Source: Candidatus Levyibacteriota bacterium (GTDB lineage Bacteria; Patescibacteriota; Microgenomatia; Levybacterales; GWA1-39-11). From it: DNA of 51,620 nucleotides. Numbering within the stretch: the first letter of the stretch is position 1; each line of letters begins with the position of its first letter. The position numbers and the translations under genes were made by a program. The stretch covers positions 1-51,620 of the forward strand of contig JBCLLY010000001.1 of the NCBI GenBank assembly GCA_039738415.1, in the 5' to 3' direction. The notes under the pieces were generated by a model. It made no database searches and was not told the origin of the DNA. It saw nothing but the letters and a program-made list of their open reading frames with translations. Shown piece by piece: positions 43,039 to 51,566 of the stretch.

Positions 43039-43653
43039 ATGGATAACGGTGAACCTGAAATAGACCTTCATCCCGAAGATCAAGAAGTAGAGGAATTATT
43101 AAAATTACTTGTTACAAAAAAACAAAAAGTTCAGGATGCCAAACAACAAGGTATCTTTTTACCCATCGACGAACCTACTAAATACGCTAGAAGTGAAACA
43201 TATGCTACTCCAGAATTAAGAAAAAAAGTCCAAGAAAATATAGACAGACTTACTATAATTATTATGGCAAATGGAAAAGAGTCTTTGCTAAAAGAACAAG
43301 GGGACAGAAAGTACGAGTTCACCTCAGATTTTCTAAAAGCGAGTGCTACAATCCCAGATCCTGATGACCCCTACACAGATGCTCCCTCTGAAATAATTGA
43401 ACTAGAATTTGATACAGATGGACGCAATGATATAAGATTTTACCACGATACAAGAGATGAAGGCGTTTATACGTTAAGTATTATTTTTAGTGAAGCGGAA
43501 GAACATGAAGTTTCAAATATTATTACATTTAATTCTGGTGAAACGCAGGATCAGGAAATGAGAGATGACGAGGCCATAATCCTAGATTTCTACATAAGGG
43601 AAGCTATGGAAATGATTGACCCATCAATGGCAAGTACCCAAGTAGTCAAATAA
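43039..43653 (+). CDS. hypothetical acidic protein
   Basis: 204-aa ORF, Asp/Glu-rich, no TM. Confidence 0.6.
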   Translation: MDNGEPEIDLHPEDQEVEELLKLLVTKKQKVQDAKQQGIFLPIDEPTKYARSETYATPELRKKVQENIDRLTIIIMANGKESLLKEQGDRKYEFTSDFLKASATIPDPDDPYTDAPSEIIELEFDTDGRNDIRFYHDTRDEGVYTLSIIFSEAEEHEVSNIITFNSGETQDQEMRDDEAIILDFYIREAMEMIDPSMASTQVVK

Positions 43654-43684
43654 AGCCACTTCACTCTTCTGATATACTTAATTT

Positions 43685-44470
43685 ATGAAAAATTATACCC
43701 CTGACATTTCCTTGGTCAGTCCTCTTCATGATCCGCAAGCGCGTCTCGCAAAATTAACCAGAACCTACGGTAAGGATTTGAAAAGAATTTATTTCGGGTA
43801 TATTGCGATTAGAGTCACGAAAAATACCCACCCGGATACTCTAAAAGCCCTAACCTCTGCAAATATTTTTTATACCAAACAGAGCGCTCACGGGAATTAT
43901 GTAGCTATGGGAAAAACATACAAAGAAGCGATAAGAATGGGATTAAAAATGAAAACACGCCATATTCATGTATGTGATTTTGATAGAATTTTACATTGGG
44001 CAAAAACTTTTCCAAATGAACTGCGCGATATCGTAGAAATATTACCTTCGAACACCGGTATCACATGGATAGGAAGAACAAGAAGAGCTTTCGAAACTCA
44101 CCCCAAAACTCAGAGAGAGACCGAAGAAATTGTAAATACTCTAGCTTCAAAAGTTGCAGAAAATGAGGTAGATATCATGTCCGGCTCATTTGCCATGGAT
44201 TCTCAAACCGCAAATATCATTTTAAAATTTTCAAAACGAAATGACTTTTCATTTTATGCGGAATTTCTGACTATCGCAAAGAAGAAAAACATCCAGATAA
44301 ATTCCCTAGTTACCGAAGGACTCGAATGGGAAACACCGGACCAATATAAGGATAAAATTCAAAAAGAGGGTTACTCCGACTGGCTTGAAGAATTTATGTC
44401 GCTTCCGGAGTGGAAAAGAAGGATTGAGCTGATGGAGAAAAACGCTATGGTTCTGACGGAAAATATTTAG
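43685..44470 (+). CDS. hypothetical protein
   Basis: 261-aa ORF; no motif I can name. Confidence 0.65.
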   Translation: MKNYTPDISLVSPLHDPQARLAKLTRTYGKDLKRIYFGYIAIRVTKNTHPDTLKALTSANIFYTKQSAHGNYVAMGKTYKEAIRMGLKMKTRHIHVCDFDRILHWAKTFPNELRDIVEILPSNTGITWIGRTRRAFETHPKTQRETEEIVNTLASKVAENEVDIMSGSFAMDSQTANIILKFSKRNDFSFYAEFLTIAKKKNIQINSLVTEGLEWETPDQYKDKIQKEGYSDWLEEFMSLPEWKRRIELMEKNAMVLTENI

Positions 44471-45201
44471 GAATTAAAACGGTCAAGGACAAAAGGTACT
44501 GCGCTATCGATAGAAAGATGTCCACCGGAAATTTCAGATAAATCCTCCCAGCCCCGTTTCTCTGCTTCTCTTGCTACTCTATCGTAGGGAAAAAGCACAT
44601 CGCCTTGGGCGTGCAAGGTTATTATATTTACTCCCAGTTCCTTTAACCTCCCAAGATACTCATACATATCAAATTCTGTTATGATTTTTGCCATTTCGAT
44701 AAAATCAGATTTACTTCTGGTTTCCTGAATGTTACCACTTGAAGCACCTTTCCTCAGTTCTCCATACCGCCTGATTAGCTCTTTAATACTATCATCTCCT
44801 ATCATAGAAGCTGGATTTACTAATATTATTTTGCCCGCGGCGTTTGGGCGATCTAAGGCTGCTTTAACCACGCTTATAGCGCCAACCGAATGCGCAACCA
44901 CATCAACTCCGCGTACTTTTTTACTATAAATCAATGAATTTATATCCTCCGCTTTCTGGTCTTCATCACCCGAAAGCTCAACAGACAAAACTCTCCTATT
45001 GTAACCAAAAAAATATCGCACAGGCTTTTTATAGTCGTTAATTTGCGCCCTCCAACCGGGAATAATTAAGATTGAATTATCTGAATGATTTGGAGGAATA
45101 ACATCCAGAACACTAACTCCACGTTCTCCGAACCGCTCGCGCGCGGCAAATTGTTCTTCAAATGAGGGATATTCAATACCTTCTTTCATATTTACAAACA
45201 T
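44467..45201 (-). CDS. alpha/beta-fold hydrolase-like protein
   Basis: VVAHSVGA nucleophile-elbow-like motif; 244 aa. Confidence 0.7.
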   Translation of the reverse strand: MFVNMKEGIEYPSFEEQFAARERFGERGVSVLDVIPPNHSDNSILIIPGWRAQINDYKKPVRYFFGYNRRVLSVELSGDEDQKAEDINSLIYSKKVRGVDVVAHSVGAISVVKAALDRPNAAGKIILVNPASMIGDDSIKELIRRYGELRKGASSGNIQETRSKSDFIEMAKIITEFDMYEYLGRLKELGVNIITLHAQGDVLFPYDRVAREAEKRGWEDLSEISGGHLSIDSAVPFVLDRFNS

Positions 45202-45243
45202 ATAATAACACTAAATTGAATTGAAATCCTTCAAGCAGGAATA

Positions 45244-45295
45244 TTGAAGCTCCCACTACCTTACGGTTGGGGAATTCCGCGAAGGCGGATTAAAC
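45244..45295. repeat. hairpin-module repeat, short version
   Basis: TTGAAGCTCCCACTACCTTACGGTTGGGGAATTCCGCGAAGGCGGATTAAAC, directly 3' of the M16 peptidase stop. Confidence 0.8.
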
Positions 45296-46561
45296 TAGGA
45301 GTTTTTCGAACTTACTTTTATCCTCAAAATTTCCTATCACTGCAAGGGAGAGATTTTTAGTATCCAGATATGTTTTTGTAACTCTGTGGATATCGGAAAG
45401 ATTTACTTTTTCTATTTTCTCAATTATTTTCTCAGCCGAATCTATATTGTTTTCCAAAATCTCCTGCATGGCATAAAGCACTGCTACCGACTGACTATCC
45501 TCAAGACTTAGTACAAAATGCCCCTTGCTGTATTCCTTTGCTTTTTTAACTTCCTCAGAGTCAATTTCCTTATGGTCAATTATTTTTCTATATTCGTCAC
45601 ATACTATTTTTATCGCCTCTTCTAGCCTTTTCGGATCCGCCCCGACAAATGTTGCCATATATCCGCAGTCTAAATATTCATCTGTATTTGTTCTCACATA
45701 ATATGCAAGACCGCGGCGCTCGCGGATTTCATAAAAAAGACGTGATGACATTCCCCCGCCCAGAATTGAAGCCAATATTGACAGGGGATATCTATCGTTC
45801 TCATTAAACAAACTAACAGTTCTTACACCTAATGCAAAATGCGCTTGATCCGTTGTCTTTTTAACAAGCGTTACGAGAGGCTTATCCTGCGCATCTTTAA
45901 CTTTTTCGTGACCTACGGTTTTGAATTTCTTAAGTCCTGAAAATCTCCTTTTAATTTCTTCTAGGATTTTTTCCTTATCGAAATTTCCGGCAACTACAAC
46001 CACCATATTATCAGCGCTATAAAGACTATTCATATAATCTATAAAATCGGCTCGGTTAAACTTCGTGACAGTCTCTTTTCTACCCGCGATATCCCAACCC
46101 ATAGGAGTATCTCCATAGAGAAGTCTTTCATAAACATTTCCGATATTTCTCATTGGTGTATCATTATACAGATTTATCTCCTCAACAATTACGCCCTTTT
46201 CACGCTCAATTTCTTCTGATTTAAACAAAGACTCTGTAAGCATATTTGAAAGAATGTCTAGTGCGAGCGGCACATGCTCCGTTGCGGATTTTATATAATA
46301 TCCGGTCATTTCTTTTCCGGTAAATGCGTTACTCTCTGCGCCAATGCCGTCAATTAGTGTCGAAATTTCACGAGCCGTAGGACGAGATTTGGTACCCTTA
46401 AATGCCATATGCTCGAGAAAATGAGACACTCCGCTGTTTTTCGCATTTTCATAGCGACTCCCCGCACCAACCATAACTAAAGCTGTCGCGCTTTCTACTC
46501 CACCATTAGGAGCAAGAATTATTCGCAGGCCATTTGGAAGCGTTGTTTTTTCAAATTTCAT
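45290..46561 (-). CDS. M16-family (pitrilysin/insulinase-like) zinc peptidase
   Basis: HFLEHMAFKGT (HxxEH) motif; 423 aa. Confidence 0.88.
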   Translation of the reverse strand: MKFEKTTLPNGLRIILAPNGGVESATALVMVGAGSRYENAKNSGVSHFLEHMAFKGTKSRPTAREISTLIDGIGAESNAFTGKEMTGYYIKSATEHVPLALDILSNMLTESLFKSEEIEREKGVIVEEINLYNDTPMRNIGNVYERLLYGDTPMGWDIAGRKETVTKFNRADFIDYMNSLYSADNMVVVVAGNFDKEKILEEIKRRFSGLKKFKTVGHEKVKDAQDKPLVTLVKKTTDQAHFALGVRTVSLFNENDRYPLSILASILGGGMSSRLFYEIRERRGLAYYVRTNTDEYLDCGYMATFVGADPKRLEEAIKIVCDEYRKIIDHKEIDSEEVKKAKEYSKGHFVLSLEDSQSVAVLYAMQEILENNIDSAEKIIEKIEKVNLSDIHRVTKTYLDTKNLSLAVIGNFEDKSKFEKLLV

Positions 46562-46624
46562 AAACTCAATTTAAGCATAGAACTCCTATCTTTGCAAACA
46601 ATATCAAATGGATTACAATATACA

Positions 46625-47017
46625 CGTTTGGAGATTTTTCTTGAGTGCAAATGCGCGCTCAAAGAGAAGTCCCAGAACATATTCGAGACGGAGGTAATCG
46701 TGGCCCGCAAGGGCAAATTTAGACAAAGGTAAACCGTAGTTCGTCAGGGAGTCTTTCGGGATTCCCGCCAAGCTTTAGGAGAGCAGATGCCGGATAGTCA
46801 GCTTGAACTAGCAACTTCTGGTCGCCTCACGGCGAAGGAGAGGGTCGAAGCAGATCCCAATAGCCAAGTGCGTATGCGTATGATACGCAAAGCACAAGAA
46901 CTACGTCATCAACCCGTAAAGCAGCCAGAGAGCGAGTAGTTCTCACCACCGTCTCACGACCGGAAGGTTACCTCGTCTTAACGAGGGTTTTGTAGGTTCC
47001 AAACCTTCACCTTCCGG
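46625..47017 (+). ncRNA. rnpB: large structured RNA, RNase P RNA-like (tentative)
   Basis: A 470-nt non-coding, GC-richer gap. In order it contains AGAGAAGTCCC (CR-I-like, 46664), GGAGGTAATCG plus a GGCCC-GCAA-GGGC hairpin, AGACAAAGGTAAACCG, a cUUCGg-capped hairpin, CCAAGCTTTAGGAGAG, AGATCCCAATAGCC and CACAAGAAC (CR-V-like, 46894). A long-range helix joins 46685-46694 and 46946-46955. A three-way junction spans 46960-47017. I could not draw a convincing P4. Confidence 0.45.
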
Positions 47018-47066
47018 CATTTTCTTTGCTTGAAATTATTCATACTATAAGTTATAATCACTCCTT

Positions 47067-47594
47067 ATGTCACTCGAAAGTCAGATAGAATGTTTTTCAG
47101 AAAACGCCCATGGCTTACAAGTGATTCCTTCACCAGAAGAATTCTTGTATATCAAATGTGTTGATGCCGCCGAAGATGCATTCACAAGTTCAATCCTTAG
47201 CGATTCACGAGATTTAAGATTGCTGATAGTCCCAGAAATAGCAGAAAAAATGGAAATCGTTCATAATGCCACCAATGGCCGCATTAACTCTGCAAATCTT
47301 ATGAAAGATGGCGTAAATGGGTTACGGATGATTGTCAGACACAAAGAACTTGAGCCAATAGCAATATCCGATACGGATCTAAAACCTTCCGACTTTGATC
47401 AAAAAGCGAATCAGTTCAAGCAGTGCATGAATACCGTTTTTGAACGTGCTTTTGCATATATGCAATCAGGGGGTCTAACTCATGCTGAACGTCAACGTCT
47501 AGCCTCTATTAAAAGAGGTGTCAGAGAGATTCCATCGGGACGATCGCGAAACATTCACTCTAGGCCTGCTTCATCTGACGACAATTCCCGCTAG
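47067..47594 (+). CDS. hypothetical protein
   Basis: 175-aa ORF. Confidence 0.6.
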   Translation: MSLESQIECFSENAHGLQVIPSPEEFLYIKCVDAAEDAFTSSILSDSRDLRLLIVPEIAEKMEIVHNATNGRINSANLMKDGVNGLRMIVRHKELEPIAISDTDLKPSDFDQKANQFKQCMNTVFERAFAYMQSGGLTHAERQRLASIKRGVREIPSGRSRNIHSRPASSDDNSR

Positions 47595-49430
47595 CTACAT
47601 CCTCGCAACAGTCTCTATTCCTAGTAAATTCAAGCCATTTTTAACGGTCTGACCCGTAGCCTTCGTTAATTCCAAACGGAAATTTTCATTTTCAGATCCG
47701 ATAATTTTATGCTTTTGGTAAAAAAGATTAAATTTTTGAGATAACTCAAACAAATAATTACATATTACACTTGTCGCAAATTCAATGCTTGCCTTCTCCA
47801 CGAAATATGGATAATAACTAAGAAATCTCAAGAGTTCATCCTCTTCAGCTTGTAGTCTGTAGTTTGTAGTCTGTAGTTCACTTGAATTTGTTTCAATATC
47901 ATCATTTGTCATTCTGGCTTGCCCAGAATCGATTCTGGCGTCCTTCTCCGTGCTTTGCTCTGAGTCGTCCCCAGAATGACGGACAAAAGCCTTCTCCAGA
48001 ACGCTCTGCGTTCTGACATAAGTGTACTGAATATAAGGCCCGGAGTTGCCTTGCATGTTCAAAATGTCCTCCCAATCAAAAACAATATCCTGCACCGAAC
48101 CTCTTTTTAAGTCGTTCCATTTTAATGCCCCAATTCCAATTGCCGTAGAATCTACGTCGTGATTTTTTTCTTTAACCAAACCTTCTGCGCGTTTTTCCGC
48201 CTCATCCAAAACATCTTCAAGCCAAACAGTATTTCCGCGTCGAGTCGACATTTTTCCTTCCTTAAATCTGTAAAGTCCGTGTTTTATATGAATTCTCTGT
48301 CCATCCTTCACCCATCCGAGCATTTTTTCCGTTTCAAAAAGCTGGTAAAAATATAATGACTGCTCTGCTCCGACTTCATTAATAATGGTAATATCCGGGC
48401 CATATTTATCAAGACGAAACTTATCCGTTGCCAAATCACGAGTGGCGTAAAGAGTAGTACCGTCGCTTTTTACAATCATAAGCGGAGGATATTTATCACC
48501 TGGAAAATAGACAAGCTCTGCTCCTTCATGTTTTTTAAGAAGTCCTTTTGTTCTCAGTTCTTCAATTACAGGCTCCATTTTGTCTTCAAAGTACGATTCG
48601 CCGTAACCCTTACCGTCATTTTCTGTGAAAACAATATTTAATTTTTGATATATTTTTTCAAACTCCTTTAAAGACCAATCTGTGCACTTTTGCCAGAGCC
48701 TTTTTGCTTCAGGGTCGCCGTCTTCCAATTTTTTAAACCATGCGCGAGCTGCGTCTTCAAGCTTCGGGTCTTTTTCTGCTTCCTCATGGAATTTAACATA
48801 AAGGGCAACCAAATTTTTTACAGGATTGTCAGTCTTTTCAATATCCTCTTCATTTCCCCACGCTTTTATGGCAAAGATTTGTTTACCAAACTGCGTACCC
48901 CAGTCCCCCAAATGGTTATCTTTATATACTTCCCAACCGGTTGCCATTAATAGGTTTGCAACCGCATTACCTATAATTGTTGAGCGTAAATGTCCAACAG
49001 TGAAAGGCTTAGCAATATTTGGAGATGAGAATTCAACCACAGCTTTTTTTCCTTTATTCATATTAGACTTTCCAAAGTTTTCTTTCTCGCGCAAAATAAA
49101 ATTTAAATTTTCAAAAAGATATTTTTCCGAAACCCAAAAATTCACAAATCCGGGTGCAACAGCCTCGACTTTTGAAATATATTCGTCGGGGGAAAATTTT
49201 GAGACAATACTTTCTGCCACATCCATTGGACTTCCCAGACCTAAGTCATAAGCAGAGCTTTTCTGCGAATAAGTCTTAAGCCTTAAGTCTTTAGACATGC
49301 GCATCGCGACATTTGTATAGTAGTCACTGTGCTCGAGGTTGTCTGAAATTTTTATTTCAGGCGAAATTTCAAACTTTAAGTCAGACAAATTCTCCCGAAG
49401 CTTTTTTGCAATATGTTTTTTGATATCCAT
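47595..49430 (-). CDS. argS: arginyl-tRNA synthetase with in-frame repeat insertions
   Basis: SSPNIAKPFTVGHLRS (HIGH region), the class I fold order, and a DALR-type C-terminal domain. Confidence 0.92.
   Translation of the reverse strand: MDIKKHIAKKLRENLSDLKFEISPEIKISDNLEHSDYYTNVAMRMSKDLRLKTYSQKSSAYDLGLGSPMDVAESIVSKFSPDEYISKVEAVAPGFVNFWVSEKYLFENLNFILREKENFGKSNMNKGKKAVVEFSSPNIAKPFTVGHLRSTIIGNAVANLLMATGWEVYKDNHLGDWGTQFGKQIFAIKAWGNEEDIEKTDNPVKNLVALYVKFHEEAEKDPKLEDAARAWFKKLEDGDPEAKRLWQKCTDWSLKEFEKIYQKLNIVFTENDGKGYGESYFEDKMEPVIEELRTKGLLKKHEGAELVYFPGDKYPPLMIVKSDGTTLYATRDLATDKFRLDKYGPDITIINEVGAEQSLYFYQLFETEKMLGWVKDGQRIHIKHGLYRFKEGKMSTRRGNTVWLEDVLDEAEKRAEGLVKEKNHDVDSTAIGIGALKWNDLKRGSVQDIVFDWEDILNMQGNSGPYIQYTYVRTQSVLEKAFVRHSGDDSEQSTEKDARIDSGQARMTNDDIETNSSELQTTNYRLQAEEDELLRFLSYYPYFVEKASIEFATSVICNYLFELSQKFNLFYQKHKIIGSENENFRLELTKATGQTVKNGLNLLGIETVARM
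47851..47878. repeat. 14-nt tandem repeat x2 (TGTAGTCTGTAGTT) inside argS
   Basis: Read directly from the sequence. Encodes LQTTNYRLQ. Confidence 0.9.
47908..47970. repeat. 63-nt GC-rich element with perfect 10-bp terminal inverted repeats inside argS
   Basis: GTCATTCTGG...CCAGAATGAC. Its length is a multiple of 3, and it sits in the linker before the anticodon-binding domain. Confidence 0.85.
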
Positions 49431-49478
49431 TATCTATGTATATTAAGCTAAACCGTATTCTATTAACAATCGCAACCC

Positions 49479-50184
49479 CTAGGGACAATTAAGGTAATAA
49501 TCAAACACTTCCTTAGGTGTTTTAAAGTTAAGACGTTTTCTGGGTCTGTTGTTAAGTTCCCATTCAACATCTCTTAACTCTTCATCAGTGATTGTACTAA
49601 AGTCAGTTCCTTTAGGAAAGTAGCATCTGATAAGTCCATTTGCATTTTCATTACCTCCTCTTTGCCAGGAGGAGTATGGATCTACAAAATATGTTGGTAT
49701 TCCAAATTCTTTATGTCTTACATGTTCTGAACCATTATCAAGTGTTACTGTTCTCTTAGCATGGGGAGGAAGATGACTAAAGATCTTATTTACTGCAAGT
49801 ACTGTTTCAAAAGAGTTGATTCTCTTTATATATTCCAACCTTGTTTTACTTGAAACCCTCTCGTACTCAGTGTGGAGTCCTGAGGTGTGACCTTTACCTA
49901 CAATACTGTCTCCCTCCCAGTGACCAAATTGTATTCTTCTTTCAACAATTTTTGGTCTTGAATGTATTGATACTCTATCCGGTATTCTAACTCTCTGTGC
50001 TTTTCTTCCTACCTTTTTCCCAAAGCTCTTTTATCTCAGGATTTTCGTCGTAAATTTGTTTGTTTAATCGTTGAATTTCTTTCTTCGCCTCATCACTATT
50101 TTCAAACTCGGTTGCACCATAAGCATCAGCTAAATCTTCCGTAGCTAAATTTTGAGTTTTGTCCACCAGCTGGCTCCGATTCAA
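49479..50184 (-). mobile_element. IS30-family transposase remnant (5'-truncated, frameshifted)
   Basis: IPDRVSIHSRPKIVERRIQFGHWEGDSIVG...TLDNGSEH...PYSSWQRGGNENANGLIRCYFPKGTDF...LNNRPRKRLNFKTPKEVF is the IS30 DDE domain. The frame is open to 50030 without a start codon. The HTH part is absent, and the upstream 65-aa ORF is in another frame. Confidence 0.75.
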
Positions 50185-50193
50185 TCAGAGCTG
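50165..50193. repeat. inverted copy of the 40755-40785 hairpin
   Basis: CCAGCTGGCTCCGATTCAATCAGAGCTGG. Confidence 0.85.
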
Positions 50194-50260
50194 GCGTATC
50201 GTAATTTAATTGTCTCTTGTAGTTTACTTGTTCTCGCCCTTGAACTCAAGACACTAACGC

Positions 50261-50290
50261 TGTGTATCATATATCGATATATGATACACA
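50261..50290. repeat. perfect 30-nt palindrome TGTGTATCATATATCGATATATGATACACA
   Basis: Self-complementary. Shares the arms TATCATATAT / ATATATGATA with 26314-26335. Confidence 0.9.
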
Positions 50291-50349
50291 CAGCTGTTGC
50301 ATCCTCCATCATAGTCTGCACGAAATTACACGGGAAAATAAAATAGTTG

Positions 50350-51231
50350 CTAATCCAACCGGAGTTCTTTCAGGAATTTCCTAAATTCTCCATTTAACGC
50401 AGGGTGCTGGAGGGCAAATTCGACTACTGTCTTCATATATTCAAGTTTTGACCCCGTATCATAGTACTTTCCATTCTCTATCTCTACTCCATACACGGGC
50501 ACACCTTCATCACGAAGTTTATTTATCGCATCAATCAGCCAAATCTCCCCGCCTTTTCCGGGTCCAATATTTTTTAATGCTCCAAAAATTTCAGGCGGTA
50601 AAATATACGCTCCATGCGTTGCCATATTCGACGGAGCATGCTCGGGATCAGGCTTCTCAACAATTTCTTTAATTCTAAAAACATTACCTTCAACTGTTTC
50701 GATATCAGCAATTCCATAGCGCTTGAGGTCTTCTTTGTTCTCTATCCTTACACCGGAAATAACTATTCCTCCGTACTTGTCGTATACATCAATCATTTGC
50801 TTCAAGCGCGCGGGCTTTGAATAAATAAATTCATCTCCCCAAAGAACTGCAAATGGTTCGTTTTCTATTACCGGTTCTGCCGCCAAAACAGGTGTTCCAT
50901 TTCCATACGGACCTTTTTGTCTAACATAAATAAAATTTGCCAACTCTGAAATCTTTTGTACTTCCTTAAGCATTTCTTCTTTTCCACCGTCTTTAAGATT
51001 TTTCACTAAATCTTGATTTAGAACGTCGAAATGATCCTCTATGGCACGCTTTAGCGCACCCGTAACAATAATAATATCTTCAATTCCGGATTCAACCGCC
51101 TCTTCAACTACGTATTGGATAACCGGTTTATCAACTACAGGAAGCATTTCTTTGGGCATGGCCTTTGTTTGGGGGAGAAACCGGGTTCCAAAACCAGCAG
51201 CGGGAATTACAGCTTTACGGATTTTAGTCAT
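50350..51231 (-). CDS. galU: UTP--glucose-1-phosphate uridylyltransferase
   Basis: VIPAAGFGTRFLPQTKAMPKEMLPVVDKP motif; a GGAGGG Shine-Dalgarno 7 nt upstream of the ATG. Confidence 0.93.
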   Translation of the reverse strand: MTKIRKAVIPAAGFGTRFLPQTKAMPKEMLPVVDKPVIQYVVEEAVESGIEDIIIVTGALKRAIEDHFDVLNQDLVKNLKDGGKEEMLKEVQKISELANFIYVRQKGPYGNGTPVLAAEPVIENEPFAVLWGDEFIYSKPARLKQMIDVYDKYGGIVISGVRIENKEDLKRYGIADIETVEGNVFRIKEIVEKPDPEHAPSNMATHGAYILPPEIFGALKNIGPGKGGEIWLIDAINKLRDEGVPVYGVEIENGKYYDTGSKLEYMKTVVEFALQHPALNGEFRKFLKELRLD

Positions 51232-51380
51232 ATAAACCCTCCGAATTAATACTATCTATAAAAACAGCTCGCCCGCCAGTAATTGCTCCGTGAGCCGTGT
51301 ATGAATAATACTTTAAGGCGAACGGGAAAATGCGGCGGGAACCAGCAGCGGGAATTACAGCTTTACGGATTTTAGTCATA
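51192..51380. repeat. 41-nt exact direct repeat (51192-51232 and 51340-51380) bracketing a 107-nt insert
   Basis: Each repeat is the galU start (1 nt upstream of the ATG plus the first 40 nt of the CDS). Compared base by base; offset 148. Confidence 0.95.
51271..51339 (+). ncRNA. unassigned conserved hairpin motif, copy 2
   Basis: GCCCGCCAGTAATTGCTCCGTGAGCCGTGTATGAATAATACTTTAAGGCGAACGGGAAAATGCGGCGGG; same fold as 2867-2938. Confidence 0.45.
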
Positions 51381-51566
51381 AATTTATTATCAAATATTTA
51401 TAGTTCTATACTCTATATTCTATACTTGATACGCAATACTATTTTTAAATTGTAGTTTGTGTTGTCTACATTGTCAATCCGTTGTCATGTCTCCCCATAA
51501 TCCCACTAAATCCCCCAACTATTTACTCTTTGCATTCTTAGGCTAAGCTGTGGTAAAATTAGCACT

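Noticed and set aside
46960-47017. A possible tRNA gene (GGAAGGT...ACCTTCC acceptor-like stem and a GGTTCCAAACC T-arm-like hairpin).
   Set aside because: Only two internal hairpins are present, there is no 7-nt anticodon loop, no D-arm and no CCA context. I treat it as the 3' domain or terminator of the adjacent structured RNA.
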